From assembly GCA_951406725.2 (NCBI GenBank), contig OX597819.1:71734001-71798000 (forward strand): a stretch of DNA of 64,000 bases, read 5' to 3'. The notes beneath the pieces were generated by a model that ran no database searches, was not told the origin of the DNA, and was given only the letters and a program-made list of their open reading frames with translations. Positions 13,001 through 26,665 of the stretch are shown here, piece by piece. Position numbers and translations under genes: made by a program. Origin of the DNA: Octopus vulgaris (taxonomy: Eukaryota). The first letter of the stretch is position 1; each line of letters starts with the position of its first letter.

Positions 13001-15671
13001 CGCTAAGAGCGACGTGTTCAGTTTCCAGTAGCCGGGACCCTGTCTATGTGTCTTATCTAAGTCGAGCGTACACGTCACAAATTTGTGATCTATGTAGCGG
13101 ACTATTTTAAATTGTGGACATCCTACACTATCCCTATCCGCTGTCCTGGATAGAATTCTATCTAGATAAGATCTCGACGATCCGACGCGGTTTGTCCAAG
13201 TCCACATTGGCACGTTCGGATGGTCGAGTCGGAACCTGTCAGACAAATGGAAACGTCTGAGTAGGTCTTTGAGGCACTTACACCCCCTTCTATTCCTATC
13301 CATTCCCACATAATTTAGATGCGTGTCCAAGGTAACGTTCCAATCCCCTACTAACAGTAAAGGTCAAGACATACCCAGGAAAACCTCTAGACGTCTCAAG
13401 AAATCCGCCCGACCCGTTAAGGACGGTGCATAAACTGCCATCAGACGAAATGCACACCCATTTCTGCCATCCACGTCCAAGACAACCAGCCTACCCTCCG
13501 GGTCTAGGAATATTGTTCTTACTTTTACATTTAGACTCTTTCGAAAAAGCACCGCGGTACCTCCACCACCCATGTTGGGCAGACAGGGAGAAAAATAAAT
13601 GTCGAATTGATCGCCAAACATGGACGCGAGGGCCCGCGGCTTGCTGAGTCTGGTTTCACTGATAGCTACTATATCCACGTTCAGTGACTTGATGTCGTTT
13701 AGAAGGTAACCTTGCTTCCAAGCCGACGCCAAGCCACGCGCATTCACACAACCTAATTTAAGCATAATTGACGTTTAAGAAATTTATGTTTCACACACTA
13801 CATTGGAAGAGACAAGAGGCAAGAGGGAAGGTCACTTACTCATTTCGAAAGTTTCAGCTTTTTCTTCTTCTTTTGTAGTATCTTTGAGGAGGTGTTTGTA
13901 TAGTTTTTTTGAGAGGTATCGTTGAAACCCGCTTACCGCATTTGGAAATATTGTTTTCAGTGTATGGTGTTGTGTTTGTGTTATGTGTACAATTCTTATG
14001 TGTTTCGGTGGTGTGGTGCGCGGATGATTATTTGTCTTAAAGTCATCTTCACAGATGTTCGTGTTGGATTCAATGTAATCCATTAATTTTTTATTGTCTG
14101 TGTCTATTGCAGTTAGTTGTGTGTGTGGTTTTGCGGGTTCATTGAGTTTTTGATTGTCTAGGGGGATGCTGTCCGGAGTTAAATATCTCCCTGCTTTACT
14201 ACCTTGTTTGGTGGGCTTTTTTTATCTTTTCCTTTTACCCCCTGTGGCTATTTGCCATTCCGTCTAACTTTCGTCGTTGGACAACGAGTCCGAGGAATCG
14301 GAAAAGCATTTGCGTTAATATGTATGCTTGTAGAAATTGTTGATGTTTTGTGCGGTGTTTGTGTTGTTGTATTGTTAGGGGTAGAATTTGTCTTCTCGTC
14401 ACTGTTTTCTGTTTTTTTTAGTTGTCGTCCTCGGTGTTGGTGTTGGTCTATCTTTTGTTGGTTCAGTATGTTGAATTGGTTGCGACGTCAACGGTGATTG
14501 TGTTGGTGCTGTTTCTTTTCTTGGTGATGTTGTTGGGGTTTGTTTGCTGGTTTGTTGTTTTTTTTGGCATTGTTCTATAATTGAGTGTGTTGGTGTTGGT
14601 GTTAGTGTTGGCAATAAGGGTTTTTTATTTGTTTTCTGATTTGTTCTTTCTTGTTTTTTCTGTGCCAGAGCGCACTTGGCAATTAAATGTTCTGTTGCCA
14701 CAGTTGTAGCATCTAGGCCTTTTTGCCTTCTGCTACAACATATAGGCTTTGCCCATTTTCTAAATGGATCCTATCAGGTAGGTTCTCGATAGAGGACCCC
14801 TCAATCTGGATGGTCACTTCTATTGTTTTACCACCCCAATTGTCGTTTTTGTACACGGTGATTTCTAATATGTTTATCGTTTTCAAATGGTAACAGATCG
14901 CTCCTATTATCCATTTGTTAGGTATCTCGGGTGGTACATTTTAAATGCTAATTCTACTCACTCTCTGGCCTTTGTAATAAGGGATCATGATGATTTCATC
15001 ATTTTACAAAGACTCCGTAGAGTGAGCTTCTGCCACTTCATGGTTAGGGAAGCGGACCACCACTGTATTAAACTGGGGACCCCAGTTTATATATTCTTTT
15101 TTTTCATTATGTTTTTTAAACACTTTTCTATGTCCGTTTTTGTAATCTGTTCATTTTTTTTGTCTTTTTTTTAATAATTTTATATATAATTGTCTTATTT
15201 TCTATTTGTTCCTTTATGTGTTGAGGTGTATGCAGCACTAAATCCTGCCCTTGGGTTGTAAAGAGTGCTCTCGTTTCTATTAACTCTTCATTCGTAAATT
15301 TTATTATTTCTTTTTTCTGACGCAGGGCGTCAGCGAAATTTACTGTTATATTCTGGCAGTTGTTGTTGTGTGTTTTTGTTGTTGTTGTATCCGAAATATT
15401 CTTGGACGTGGCTTTTACAGGTGCTGGTCTATAAAGGAACGCGACCAGCGTTCTACAATAACATTTCTCGACAGTTTTTAATGTCGAGAAGAAAAATACA
15501 CAAATTAAATAGGGTTCAAACTGCCCCTAGGGGCGAATTCCTCCCTGGGAAAAGCACTCAAACAAAAGTTGGGTGCCTTACACACCTTATTTACAAAAAT
15601 GTACACAAAATATGGGCTACAAATAGTCAAAATAAACGATTACCTTCGGAGCCGATGTGACAACACGCGTC
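10038..15671 (-). mobile_element. Near full-length decayed L1/Tx1-like LINE inserted in (GATA)n
   Basis: ORF1 remnant with zinc knuckle (RCYNCGN..HLIAKC, frameshifted) ~15120-13830; ORF2 with APE, RT and Cys-rich end; AATAAA at the 3' end; GATA arrays on both flanks. Confidence 0.92.
10325..13765 (-). pseudogene. Tx1-like ORF2 (APE endonuclease, reverse transcriptase, zinc finger), broken into four ORFs
   Basis: GCVNARG, ISET, VYAP, GDWN, SYLDR, DHK (APE); KSPGLDALP, FRPITLLNADLKI, DQSKAFDR, QRCPLS, AYADD (RT); CPRCGQSIETVLHALVQC. Confidence 0.93.
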
Positions 15672-15764
<93 letters not shown>

Positions 15765-15912
15765 ATAGACAGACAGACGGATGGGCGGACGAACAGACAG
15801 ACAGACAGTTAGACAGACAGCAAGACAGAGTTATACAGACAGCTAGACAGACAGCTAGACAGCTAGACAGACAGCAAGACATACAGGCAGCTGGACAGAC
15901 AGACAGACAGAC

Positions 15913-15988
<76 letters not shown>

Positions 15989-16329
15989 GGATGGACGTGT
16001 GTATGCGCATGTTTGTCTACGATGCAGAGAGTGTGGTGAAGGGTGAGAAAGCGCCAAGTTATTTAACTTTGGCATTTGTATTCCTACGCTTTTATTCACT
16101 ACAGCAGAATATTTTTAAGTGACTTTTATTTATTTCTTTCTTTTTTTTTTTTGGTAAATATGAAAAGGGGAAATTTATTTCTGTCAAAACATCTTCAAAA
16201 TATAAACTGTTCACGTATTTGCTAAACATCTATATAATCCCACATCCATACTTTGTTGTGGAATTAATTAAAAAATAGTCAAGTGTTCTGAACAGCCCAA
16301 CTTATCTGTCTACAGTTCGCAGACACAGA

Positions 16330-16485
16330 CATGTCTTGTGTGGTAAGAGGCTTGCTTTTCAATCAAATGATTTTCGGTTCAGTCCACTGCATGGCACCTG
16401 GGGCAGGGATCTTCAACTACCTGGACTGGCTAAATCCTTGTGAGTGGATTTGGTAGACGGAAACTGGAAGAAGCCTGTTGTATAT
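16330..16485 (+). mobile_element. SINE family A 5' half
   Basis: ttgtgagtggatttggtagacggaaactg.aagaagcc motif. Confidence 0.7.
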
Positions 16486-16500
16486 ATATATATATATATT

Positions 16501-17722
16501 TGTGTACTAATATTGATGCCGCATGCTTTCATGTCCCTTTTGCAAAAATCCTTGTATCGTAAGAACGGTCTTCCAACAGACCTAGTGCCCCCAGCAAATT
16601 TTCCGTAGAGTATGTCCTTGTGAATTTTGCCATCTTCCATACGACTAACATGTCCAAGCCATCTCATACGTCTTTATGTGAGGAGTACAAACATGCTTGT
16701 TGTTCCTGCATGCTTGGGGACTTCTTTGTTGGGGACACGATTCTGCCATTTGATGCCAAGTATTTTCCGGAAGCAGCGCAGGTAAAAGATATTTAGGCGA
16801 CGCTCTTGGCATGTGTATGGCGTCCAGGTCTCACTGCCGTACAGTAGAGTGCTAAGTACACATGCCTGGTAAATCTTCGTTTTTGTGGTGTTGGTTAGCT
16901 TATTTTTGTAATGCCCGTTTGGAGAGTTGGGCCATCACAGCAGATGCCTTGCCAATACGTATATTGAGCTCGGCATCAAGGGATAGGTTGTAGGTGACGG
17001 TAGAGTCAAGATAGGTAAACTTCTCCACCTCCTGTAGTCTGTGGTCCCCAATATGGGATGGCCGATATAGCCTGACCCATGATGTTGGTTTTCTCGAGAC
17101 TGATAACTAAGCCAAGGTCGCTACATGCTTGCTCAAAACAGTTGATGACCATTTGTAGGACTTCTGTGTGTGATACCAGAGCGGCATCATAAGCAAATAG
17201 CATCTCCTTGATCAGGACACTTCTGATTTTGGTCTTGGCACGCAGACGCGAGAGATTGAACAGTTTCCTATCACTTCTAATGTGCAGAAACACTCCATCA
17301 CCTGATGTCTCAAAGACATGTGACAGCAGCAGCGAGAAGATGCTAAATAATGTAGGAGCAAGGACACAACTTTGCTTTACCTTGTTCTTTATTTGGAAGG
17401 CGGCTGAAGTTGAATCATTGTGCTGTATGGTGCCTTGTATATCATCATAGAAAGACTTGATGATCCTCAGCAGCTTTGGTAGACATCCGATTTTTTGAAG
17501 CAGGATGAAGTGGCCTTTTCTACTTACCAAGTTAAAGGCCTTTGTCAGATCAATGAAGGCCATATATAATGGCATTTTCTGTTCTCTGGACTTCTCCTGA
17601 AGTTGACGTATGGAAATTACCATGTGAATAGTTCATCTGCTTCTTCTAAAGCCACACTACGATTCTGGATAAATTCGAGAAGTAAGCAGTTGTAGCCTGG
17701 ACAGGATGACGCGAACAAAGAT
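16501..17722 (-). mobile_element. RTE (BovB-like) LINE fragment, RT and C-terminus, decayed
   Basis: PES*CGFR, RQLQEKSREQKMPLYMAFIDLTKAF, KQSCVLAPTLF, KLFNLSRLRAKTK, MLFAYDAAL, MRWLGHVSRMEDGKIHKDILYG. Confidence 0.92.
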
Positions 17723-17734
17723 CTATCCAACATA

Positions 17735-18126
<392 letters not shown>

Positions 18127-18172
18127 ATCGCCCCACCACCGTACATGTCTCTACGAGAGATTTAGAAATTTA

Positions 18173-18264
<92 letters not shown>

Positions 18265-18444
18265 GTATGTATGCAAGTGTATGTATGAGCATATACCACC
18301 GTATCACTGTATCGACCTGACTATCGAATGTTGGTATACCACTGGTCATAACACGCTTCCTAGCATTGTTGTAACTTTCGAATGATTCCACCCTGCTGTT
18401 ACACACACACATATATACATACATACATACATACATATATATAG

Positions 18445-18479
<35 letters not shown>

Positions 18480-18879
18480 GATATATATATATATATATAT
18501 ATACATACATACATATGTGTGTGTATGTATTAAGTATACACACTCACAGAGGCACACTTCCATTTGTAAAGTGACCATTTAATCAATATTCTAAACGTCA
18601 TTTGGCATCAATCGTGTCAATTTCGTCAGATTAGATATTTCCAACTCTCGTCAGAAATCTATCGCTGTCGGGAGTTAATGACAAATATTCTGCCAATATT
18701 TAATTCCTGTTTTCTTTCAACTCCCAGCGATTAATACACATATACTAAATGTTAAAAACCCTATCTTGTCTATTTATCTATTTGTCGGTATGCCTGCCTG
18801 CATGTCTGTCTGTATCTGTGTGTATGTATGTTTGTGTATATGTGTGTCTTCCTCTCCCGTACACGTTTCCTACGTCAGT

Positions 18880-19335
<456 letters not shown>

Positions 19336-20366
19336 GGCACGCGTGTGTGTAAAGGTATATATATATATATTCACACACACATACACAGACTATAGCATAT
19401 ACTCTTAGCAACAACAAATACAAGATTGTCATTGCCTTTCGTATGAAGTGATCATCTTTTCCTATGGCGGAAGGTTATGTGATTTGGCGGCAATTTCGCC
19501 GTTTACTTACCATGAAAGTGATCCACCTTTGTACACAGCAGAGACGAGATTCTTCGTATTAAACAATGGGAGTTGCTGCAGGTTTGTACGCCATTGTAGG
19601 TGGACAATCGTTGACGTAATGACTTCTTTACTTTTTGCTCTTTAATCCCTGTTACTCATAATTTTATATAGCATAGAGAACGTTGTTCAACGTCTTTTTT
19701 TAAGCGAGTAAGATATGTCTTTTGCGGGAGATTTGGCTGTTATTTCTCGCAACTTCGACAACCGCTCATAAGCTTTATCCATGGTCATTGCCTGGAAGAT
19801 TCCTTTAAGCTTAGTTTGTCAGGATAGATCTATGACAAAAGTGTTCTATCCTTGCCTATCCACCCCGTCCTATTAACTAAAGACTTCAATCTTCTTTTTC
19901 GTCTTTCCTTTCATTGCGCATGTTTGTATGTACGACCCTTCTCTTGTTCACACCACCTCATACACAATGGCTCATACACACACGTGCAGACTCAGAGAAA
20001 TATACATTCCTGGCTTTAGGGGTGTCGTGAAAAGCCTGGTTAGAGGTTTAAATCTTCCGATTTCGTGTACTGGGTTTACAAAAACTTAAAGACCGCTGCA
20101 ATAAGTGTGTGAATTTGAGAGTACGTTAAGTAAAACCATAATTAACTTTTCAGCCCCACCTGGGGTACATGTATACACACAAACACACACACACACATAT
20201 ACATACAAGAGTGAGTCGAAAAACGAAAGAAAGGGTACTCAACACATTTACTGGGAATTACATTTATTATTCAAAACAGCTTAAATTAGGGTTCCAAGCA
20301 ACTTTAAGTTTCGAAACCCCTAGCGGAGCTTCTAGAATTACACCCCCACACACACACACATATACA

Positions 20367-20450
<84 letters not shown>

Positions 20451-20452
<2 letters not shown>

Positions 20453-20742
20453 GAGGCACAATGGCCCAGTGGTTGGGGCAGCGGACTCGCGGTCGTAGGA
20501 TCACGATTCCCAGACTGGTCTTTGTGAGTGTTTATTGAGCAAAAAACACCTAAACCTCCACGAGCTCCGGCAGGGATGGGTGACCCCTACTGTACTCTTT
20601 CACCACAACTTTCTCTTACTCTTTCTTCTGTTGGCCTGCTCACTTAGCCAGCGGGGTGGCGTCATTGAAGGCTAAAACAATGCGAAGCGCATTGTGACCA
20701 GCGATGTGTAGCAATATCTGATGGCCTGGTCGGTCACGTGAT
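20451..20742 (+). mobile_element. tRNA-derived SINE family C in (TA)n; degenerate minus-strand fragment at ~18300-18400
   Basis: Head ggaggcacaatggcccagtggttggggcagcggactcgcg with A-box-like TGGCCCAGTGG; ends ggtcggtcacgtgat. Confidence 0.7.
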
Positions 20743-20816
20743 ATATATATATATATGTGTGTGTGTGTGTCCGTGTGCGCGCGTGTGTGTATATGTATAT
20801 ATATATATATGTGTAA

Positions 20817-20856
<40 letters not shown>

Positions 20857-22081
20857 ACATATATATATATACACACACACATATATATATACACATATAA
20901 ACGTACGTATAAAATATATCTGTAGATGCATATATATGTGTGTATATATATATATACACACATATATATGCATCTACAGATATATTTATGTGTATATATG
21001 TATGCATAGGCATGCACATCAATACAAATATATATACATACACACAAATATACACTCATAAATATGTATACACACACACGCGCACACACATACATATACA
21101 TATGTATATACATGTATACAAACTCACATAAATAACGTGACCAATAACGAAGTGGTTGACTAAATTTTTCATATTTTATTTTTTATTCATTTATCATATT
21201 TACCATTATTGTTATTGTAGCTGTTTCAGTAATGAGCTCTGCAAATGCCAAAGACTAATAGACAAGACTGCGGAACTGACGATATGCATCAATGACTTGC
21301 TAAATATATATGACTTTAATTACATATACAGTGACACTAAAATTTGCCAAAGAACTCTCTCGTCTCTTTCCGCCTTCTCTTTTTCTATAAATGCGCTGAG
21401 AGAAGAAATCAATGTGATTGGTAATGCTGTTCAAAAACAGATTTAGACAATTCTTGGCACTGTTATAAATGATAATCCAAATAGAACTGAATATTTCAGA
21501 TAGAATATTTCCAATTGAAGATTCCACTGTGTCCCATTAACTGGTACCTTCTCTCGTTTATCTTCGAGTTTGTTGGGCAGTTTTCATAGTAATGGCGTCT
21601 TGCGTTTCTTTTTGTTTTGTTTTTAAGATAATTTTGTTTCCTAAAATTGGCTCTTTATATATTAGCGACTTTTTTCTTCAGCATCTCAGGAATATAGCTT
21701 GAGAATCAACAAAAAGAAATGAGTAAACATTAAAAAAATATTCCCCATATATTAGTGTTTCTGACTGGAAGCATGTTGCCTTGGTATCAGACAAATTTGT
21801 GTTAACTAAATATCAAAAATGGCCGTTAACTGAATATCAACGAATTTTCTTTGATCTATTTTGTCGTCGGTACCTGTAAGTTATAGCAAGAGATGCTAGT
21901 TTTTACGGTAAACAACGTCGACTTCAGTAGCTAGCTAAAGATAGACAGATAAATAGATACATAATACATACATACATACATACATACATAAATAGACAGA
22001 TAGATAGATAGATTACATACATACATACATACATACATACAAACATACATACATACATACATAGACAAATAGATAGATAGA

Positions 22082-22112
<31 letters not shown>

Positions 22113-22165
22113 CATACATACATACATACGTACATACATATATACATACATAGACAGACAGACAT

Positions 22166-22272
<107 letters not shown>

Positions 22273-22897
22273 TACACGTATAGATAGATAAATAGATAGA
22301 TAGACAGACAGGCAGACATAAATTTAGATATAGATTTGCATATACATACATGCGTGCACACACACGAATACATATATATATGTGCGTGTGTGTGTGTGTA
22401 TATATACATACACATGATACATACACACACACACACACACATATATATATACGCATGCATATATATATGCACACACACACACACACAAAGATATAGATTC
22501 ACACGCATACAAGCATGTATACATACATACATACATACATACATACATACATACATACATACATACATACATACATAGACACACACGTACACATACGCCC
22601 CAGCACGGTACCCATCAAATATGGTGGGGCTTATTTACGGCGCCATTCAGTAATTCTTGCAGACTATTGTTTTTGCTTCAAGCTTTGCACCAATTTCTTT
22701 ATTTACTTCATTCTGTTTTCCTACCATTTGTTGTCAAATATTTTAGCTCCCCTTCATTCATGACTCACATTGTCACTTGTGTCCTCTATTACTTACCATC
22801 CATCCATCCATCCATCTATCTATCTATCTATATTCCCTCTATCTATCTATACATCCATCCATCTATCTATCTGTCTATCTATCCATCCATCTGTCTG

Positions 22898-23045
<148 letters not shown>

Positions 23046-23099
23046 TGTCTGTCTATCTGTCTGCCTATTTATGTATCTCTCTATCTCTCAATCTGTCTG

Positions 23100-23176
<77 letters not shown>

Positions 23177-23259
23177 ATAACTCTATGTGTCTATGTATAC
23201 ATCTGTCTAACTCTAACTATCAATTAATCTGTATATGGTGTGTGTGTATGTGTGTGTGT

Positions 23260-23414
23260 TGCTGCGTGGTAAGATGCTTGCTTCCTAACCACATGGTTCC
23301 GAGTTCAGTCCCGCTGCATGGCACCTTGAGCCAGTGTCTTCTACTATAGCCTCGAGGTGACCAAAAGCTTTTTGAATGGATTTGGTAGACGGAGGCTGAA
23401 AGAAGCCCATCGTG

Positions 23415-23454
<40 letters not shown>

Positions 23455-23700
23455 CGTGTGTGTGCGCGCGCGTGTGTATGTGTATGTATGTGTGTGTGCG
23501 TGCATTTGTCTGCGCTTGTTCCCCACCATCGCTTGACAACCGATGCTGGTGTGTTTACGTCCCCGTAACTAGCGGTTCGGCAAATGAGAACGATAGAATA
23601 AGTACTAGGTTTACAAAGAATAAGTCTGGCGTTGATTTGTTCGACTAAAGGCGGTGCTGCAGAATGTCTGCACTCAAGTGACTGAAACAAATAAAAGAAT
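23260..23700 (+). mobile_element. SINE family A, near full length
   Basis: Head with B-box-like gagttcagtcc, internal microsatellite, tail. Confidence 0.85.
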
Positions 23701-24219
23701 ATAGAGCGTTTGGTAAAAGTAATATAACAACTTTTTTTAAATTTAACTATTTGTCTTTTGGCAATATCACAAATACACAACCATCCTAGACTCTTTAAAT
23801 CTGTTCTTAGGTAATTCGTATGCCTTGATAGAAGCTCTCTGTTTTGCTTTTGAACCATTTATACATTTTTTTTTCTCATTTTTTTATTTTTTTGCTTATG
23901 ATCATATCTAAATAACTGATTTCCAAAATGGATAAATCGTTAGAGTGCAAATGAATACAGCTTCAAGGACTAAACTTCTGAATTTTTCAATATTTCACGC
24001 GATGCAATCTCTAAAATAGCAGTTCTCTACTACGGCTCTCAGAGTCTCCCGTGGCTCTCCAGAATTCTTCCGGCAGTTTTCCGGTGATCTCTCTTTAAAT
24101 ATAATATTTCTTCCTAAATTAGCTTGTATTTTACTGTTTTTTATGCACCCCACCCCCTAAAAAATGCAGGTTTTGGATCGGGTCTGGGTATTAAAAAAGT
24201 TTGAGAACCTGTAGTCTAA

Positions 24220-24720
24220 AATCTTGTTGGAAATTGAAAACCAAGGTTACGCTTGCTCTGACAAGCATAATTCTGAACAGAATGCAAAGCTCGTTGAAAG
24301 GAAACGCAGAATAACGAAACTCGTTGTGTCTAAAAACCAACGAACTTCAGCAGTAAATGGGACAGTAGAGATAAACCTGACAAAAACAGCGTCAACCAAA
24401 TGCGTTCGTCGCGAGGTCCATAAAGCTGGATACCATGGCGGTGGACTGCAATTGATAAAAACTCTCCTGTCTTCTATCCACGTTGATAGACCAAAAATGG
24501 TCAATGGCTTAATGGCATAATATCACCTTCTATGGAAGATCACCAATCACCATTTTCGGGGCGAGTTTATATCCGGAAACACCTCTAAGAGGCCTTCAGC
24601 CCTGACTGTTTGGTCCCTGTCATGAAACATGAAGATGGCTCCGAGAAATTCTCTCAGCTCTTTAGTTTTTCTACTCATTAGAGTTAATGTCAAGGATTAT
24701 TGGTCTTTGATAATTTTGAT
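24220..24720 (+). mobile_element. Decayed Tc1-like transposase fragment
   Basis: VSKNQRTSAVNGTVEIN..STKCVRREVHKAGYHG and VYIRKHL*EAFSPDCLVPVMKHEDGS (cf. Tc1 PTVKHGGGS). Confidence 0.75.
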
Positions 24721-24727
24721 ACATCTA

Positions 24728-25087
24728 AAGACGCATTGTTTCGTGGTCTGGGTGTTGTACTCACGATCGCCATGTCGTCGGTCCGATCCCCGAACCTTGT
24801 GGCGAGTTGTGTGCTTGAGAAAACCAATTCATTTCACGTACCTCTAATGCTGTATGGAGACCGACATGTCAAAGAATAGACCCAGCGTTTCTTGTGCCTG
24901 TGGTAAAAGGCGATCTAAAAGAGGTTGAGGTGAGACATGTACTCCGACCTCGTAAAACCCTCATCGGCAAGGACTACCCAAACGGACCCAGCAGCTGGAG
25001 GGTTTTCGCCCAAGTAGTATAGAGGTGTCATAGTCCAGGGTAGCAGGGAATCACCAACAAATGGTGATTTTACACCGCATCCACGCA

Positions 25088-25132
<45 letters not shown>
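24728..25132 (+). mobile_element. Probable degenerate tRNA-derived SINE with (CTA)n tail
   Basis: tRNA-like head (cgtggtctgggtgttgtactcacgatc...ggtccgatccc), GC-richer body, trinucleotide tail. Confidence 0.45.
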
Positions 25133-25134
<2 letters not shown>

Positions 25135-25213
25135 CTATCCTTCAGATAGAAGTAGCAGTAATAAATCAAGAATTTGTGTTGTATGGTGTTTGACATACCT
25201 GTATTTGTCTAAG

Positions 25214-25246
25214 TTATTGAAATAAAAGCAAATGAACTCTCTGGAG
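25214..25246 (+). CDS. Candidate 33-nt microexon (possible protease pro-region)
   Basis: tttgtctaag|ttattgaaataaaagcaaatgaactctctggag|gtaagt; open in phase 1-1 (VIEIKANELSG). Confidence 0.25.
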
Positions 25247-25357
25247 GTAAGTCTCTTTCTATATTACTCAATCATGTACATATACACACATATGTGTATG
25301 AGAGTGCCTGTATGCATACATATTTATGTATGCATATTTATGTATATATATATATAC

Positions 25358-25394
<37 letters not shown>

Positions 25395-25735
25395 TGTGTA
25401 TAAATATACTAGAATATTAATGATTGTAAATCTGTGTGATTATGCATGTGTGCACGAGTGTGTGAGCGCATGCGTGGTTGTATCCACGTCATGTTCATAA
25501 ATGCACAGTTTGATATCTTTAGGTTTCATGTCCAGCTCCCAGCTATTTGCAATGACAGGAAAAACTAAATATTCATCGAGATATTATATGTACATTTTCC
25601 ACTCCTTTTCCTCATGTGTCATCTTTGACGTAAGAAGCAGTAATTTTTCACCGACGCTATTAACAAGAAACTATAACACAATATTAGCAATTTTTCTCTT
25701 GCTCTGATATCATATACACATATACATACACGCAC

Positions 25736-25790
<55 letters not shown>

Positions 25791-26665
25791 ATATATGTAT
25801 ATGTATATTATTGAATTACCTCTGGCTAATGACATGATAATGTGCTTTCCAAAGCTCTTCTACGAGTATCGGTTACCATATGCTATCCTGCAACAGGACT
25901 ACTCTTTTTACTGGAAATCTGTTAAATTCCGCTGCAGAAACATGTGGATCACTCGTAAAAGTCGAGACTTGTTTGTGCTTAAGAATATGCTCTGAATAAG
26001 ATGCTTGATTATTTTCCGTTTAATATTTTTTATTTTTTTTATTTCCTTCAATTTCTTTTGGTCTGTTTATTTTATGTTTTATATTTTTTATTTTAATTTT
26101 CGCTAATTCGTATTTGGTATTTTTTATCCTTTGTATCTCTTTGTGTTTCCGTGATGCTCTTTGTCAATGGAATTCTAAGAATAGAACATGGGTATAAAAC
26201 AATGGGAAGTCTATAGCTGATCCAGCAGCGATGTCGAACTTACTCAACTGAAGACGTGCGGGTATACAACTATTGTTGCATCGTATTAAATGCAAGAATG
26301 TGTATAATATGTGAAACACTCAGCAATTAACAACTGATACTAATAAACAGAAACGGTTGTAGTGATTTGCATTAAAACATGTTCATTCCATGTTCTTGTG
26401 TTATAATTTATGTATGTATATACATGTATATATACATATACATATATATACACACATATATATATACACATATATATATATATACACATGCATATATATG
26501 TGTATATAGATACACATTCACATATATATATACATATTTATGTGTGTGTATAGATGTATATGTATATATATATATATGTATGTATATATGTGTGTATATA
26601 TATATATATACATACATATATACATATATATATATACATGCATATATATACATACATATATATAT

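Noticed and set aside
20451-20520. tRNA gene (also other SINE heads)
   Set aside because: A/B-box-like motifs only; no complete cloverleaf; continues into a SINE body.
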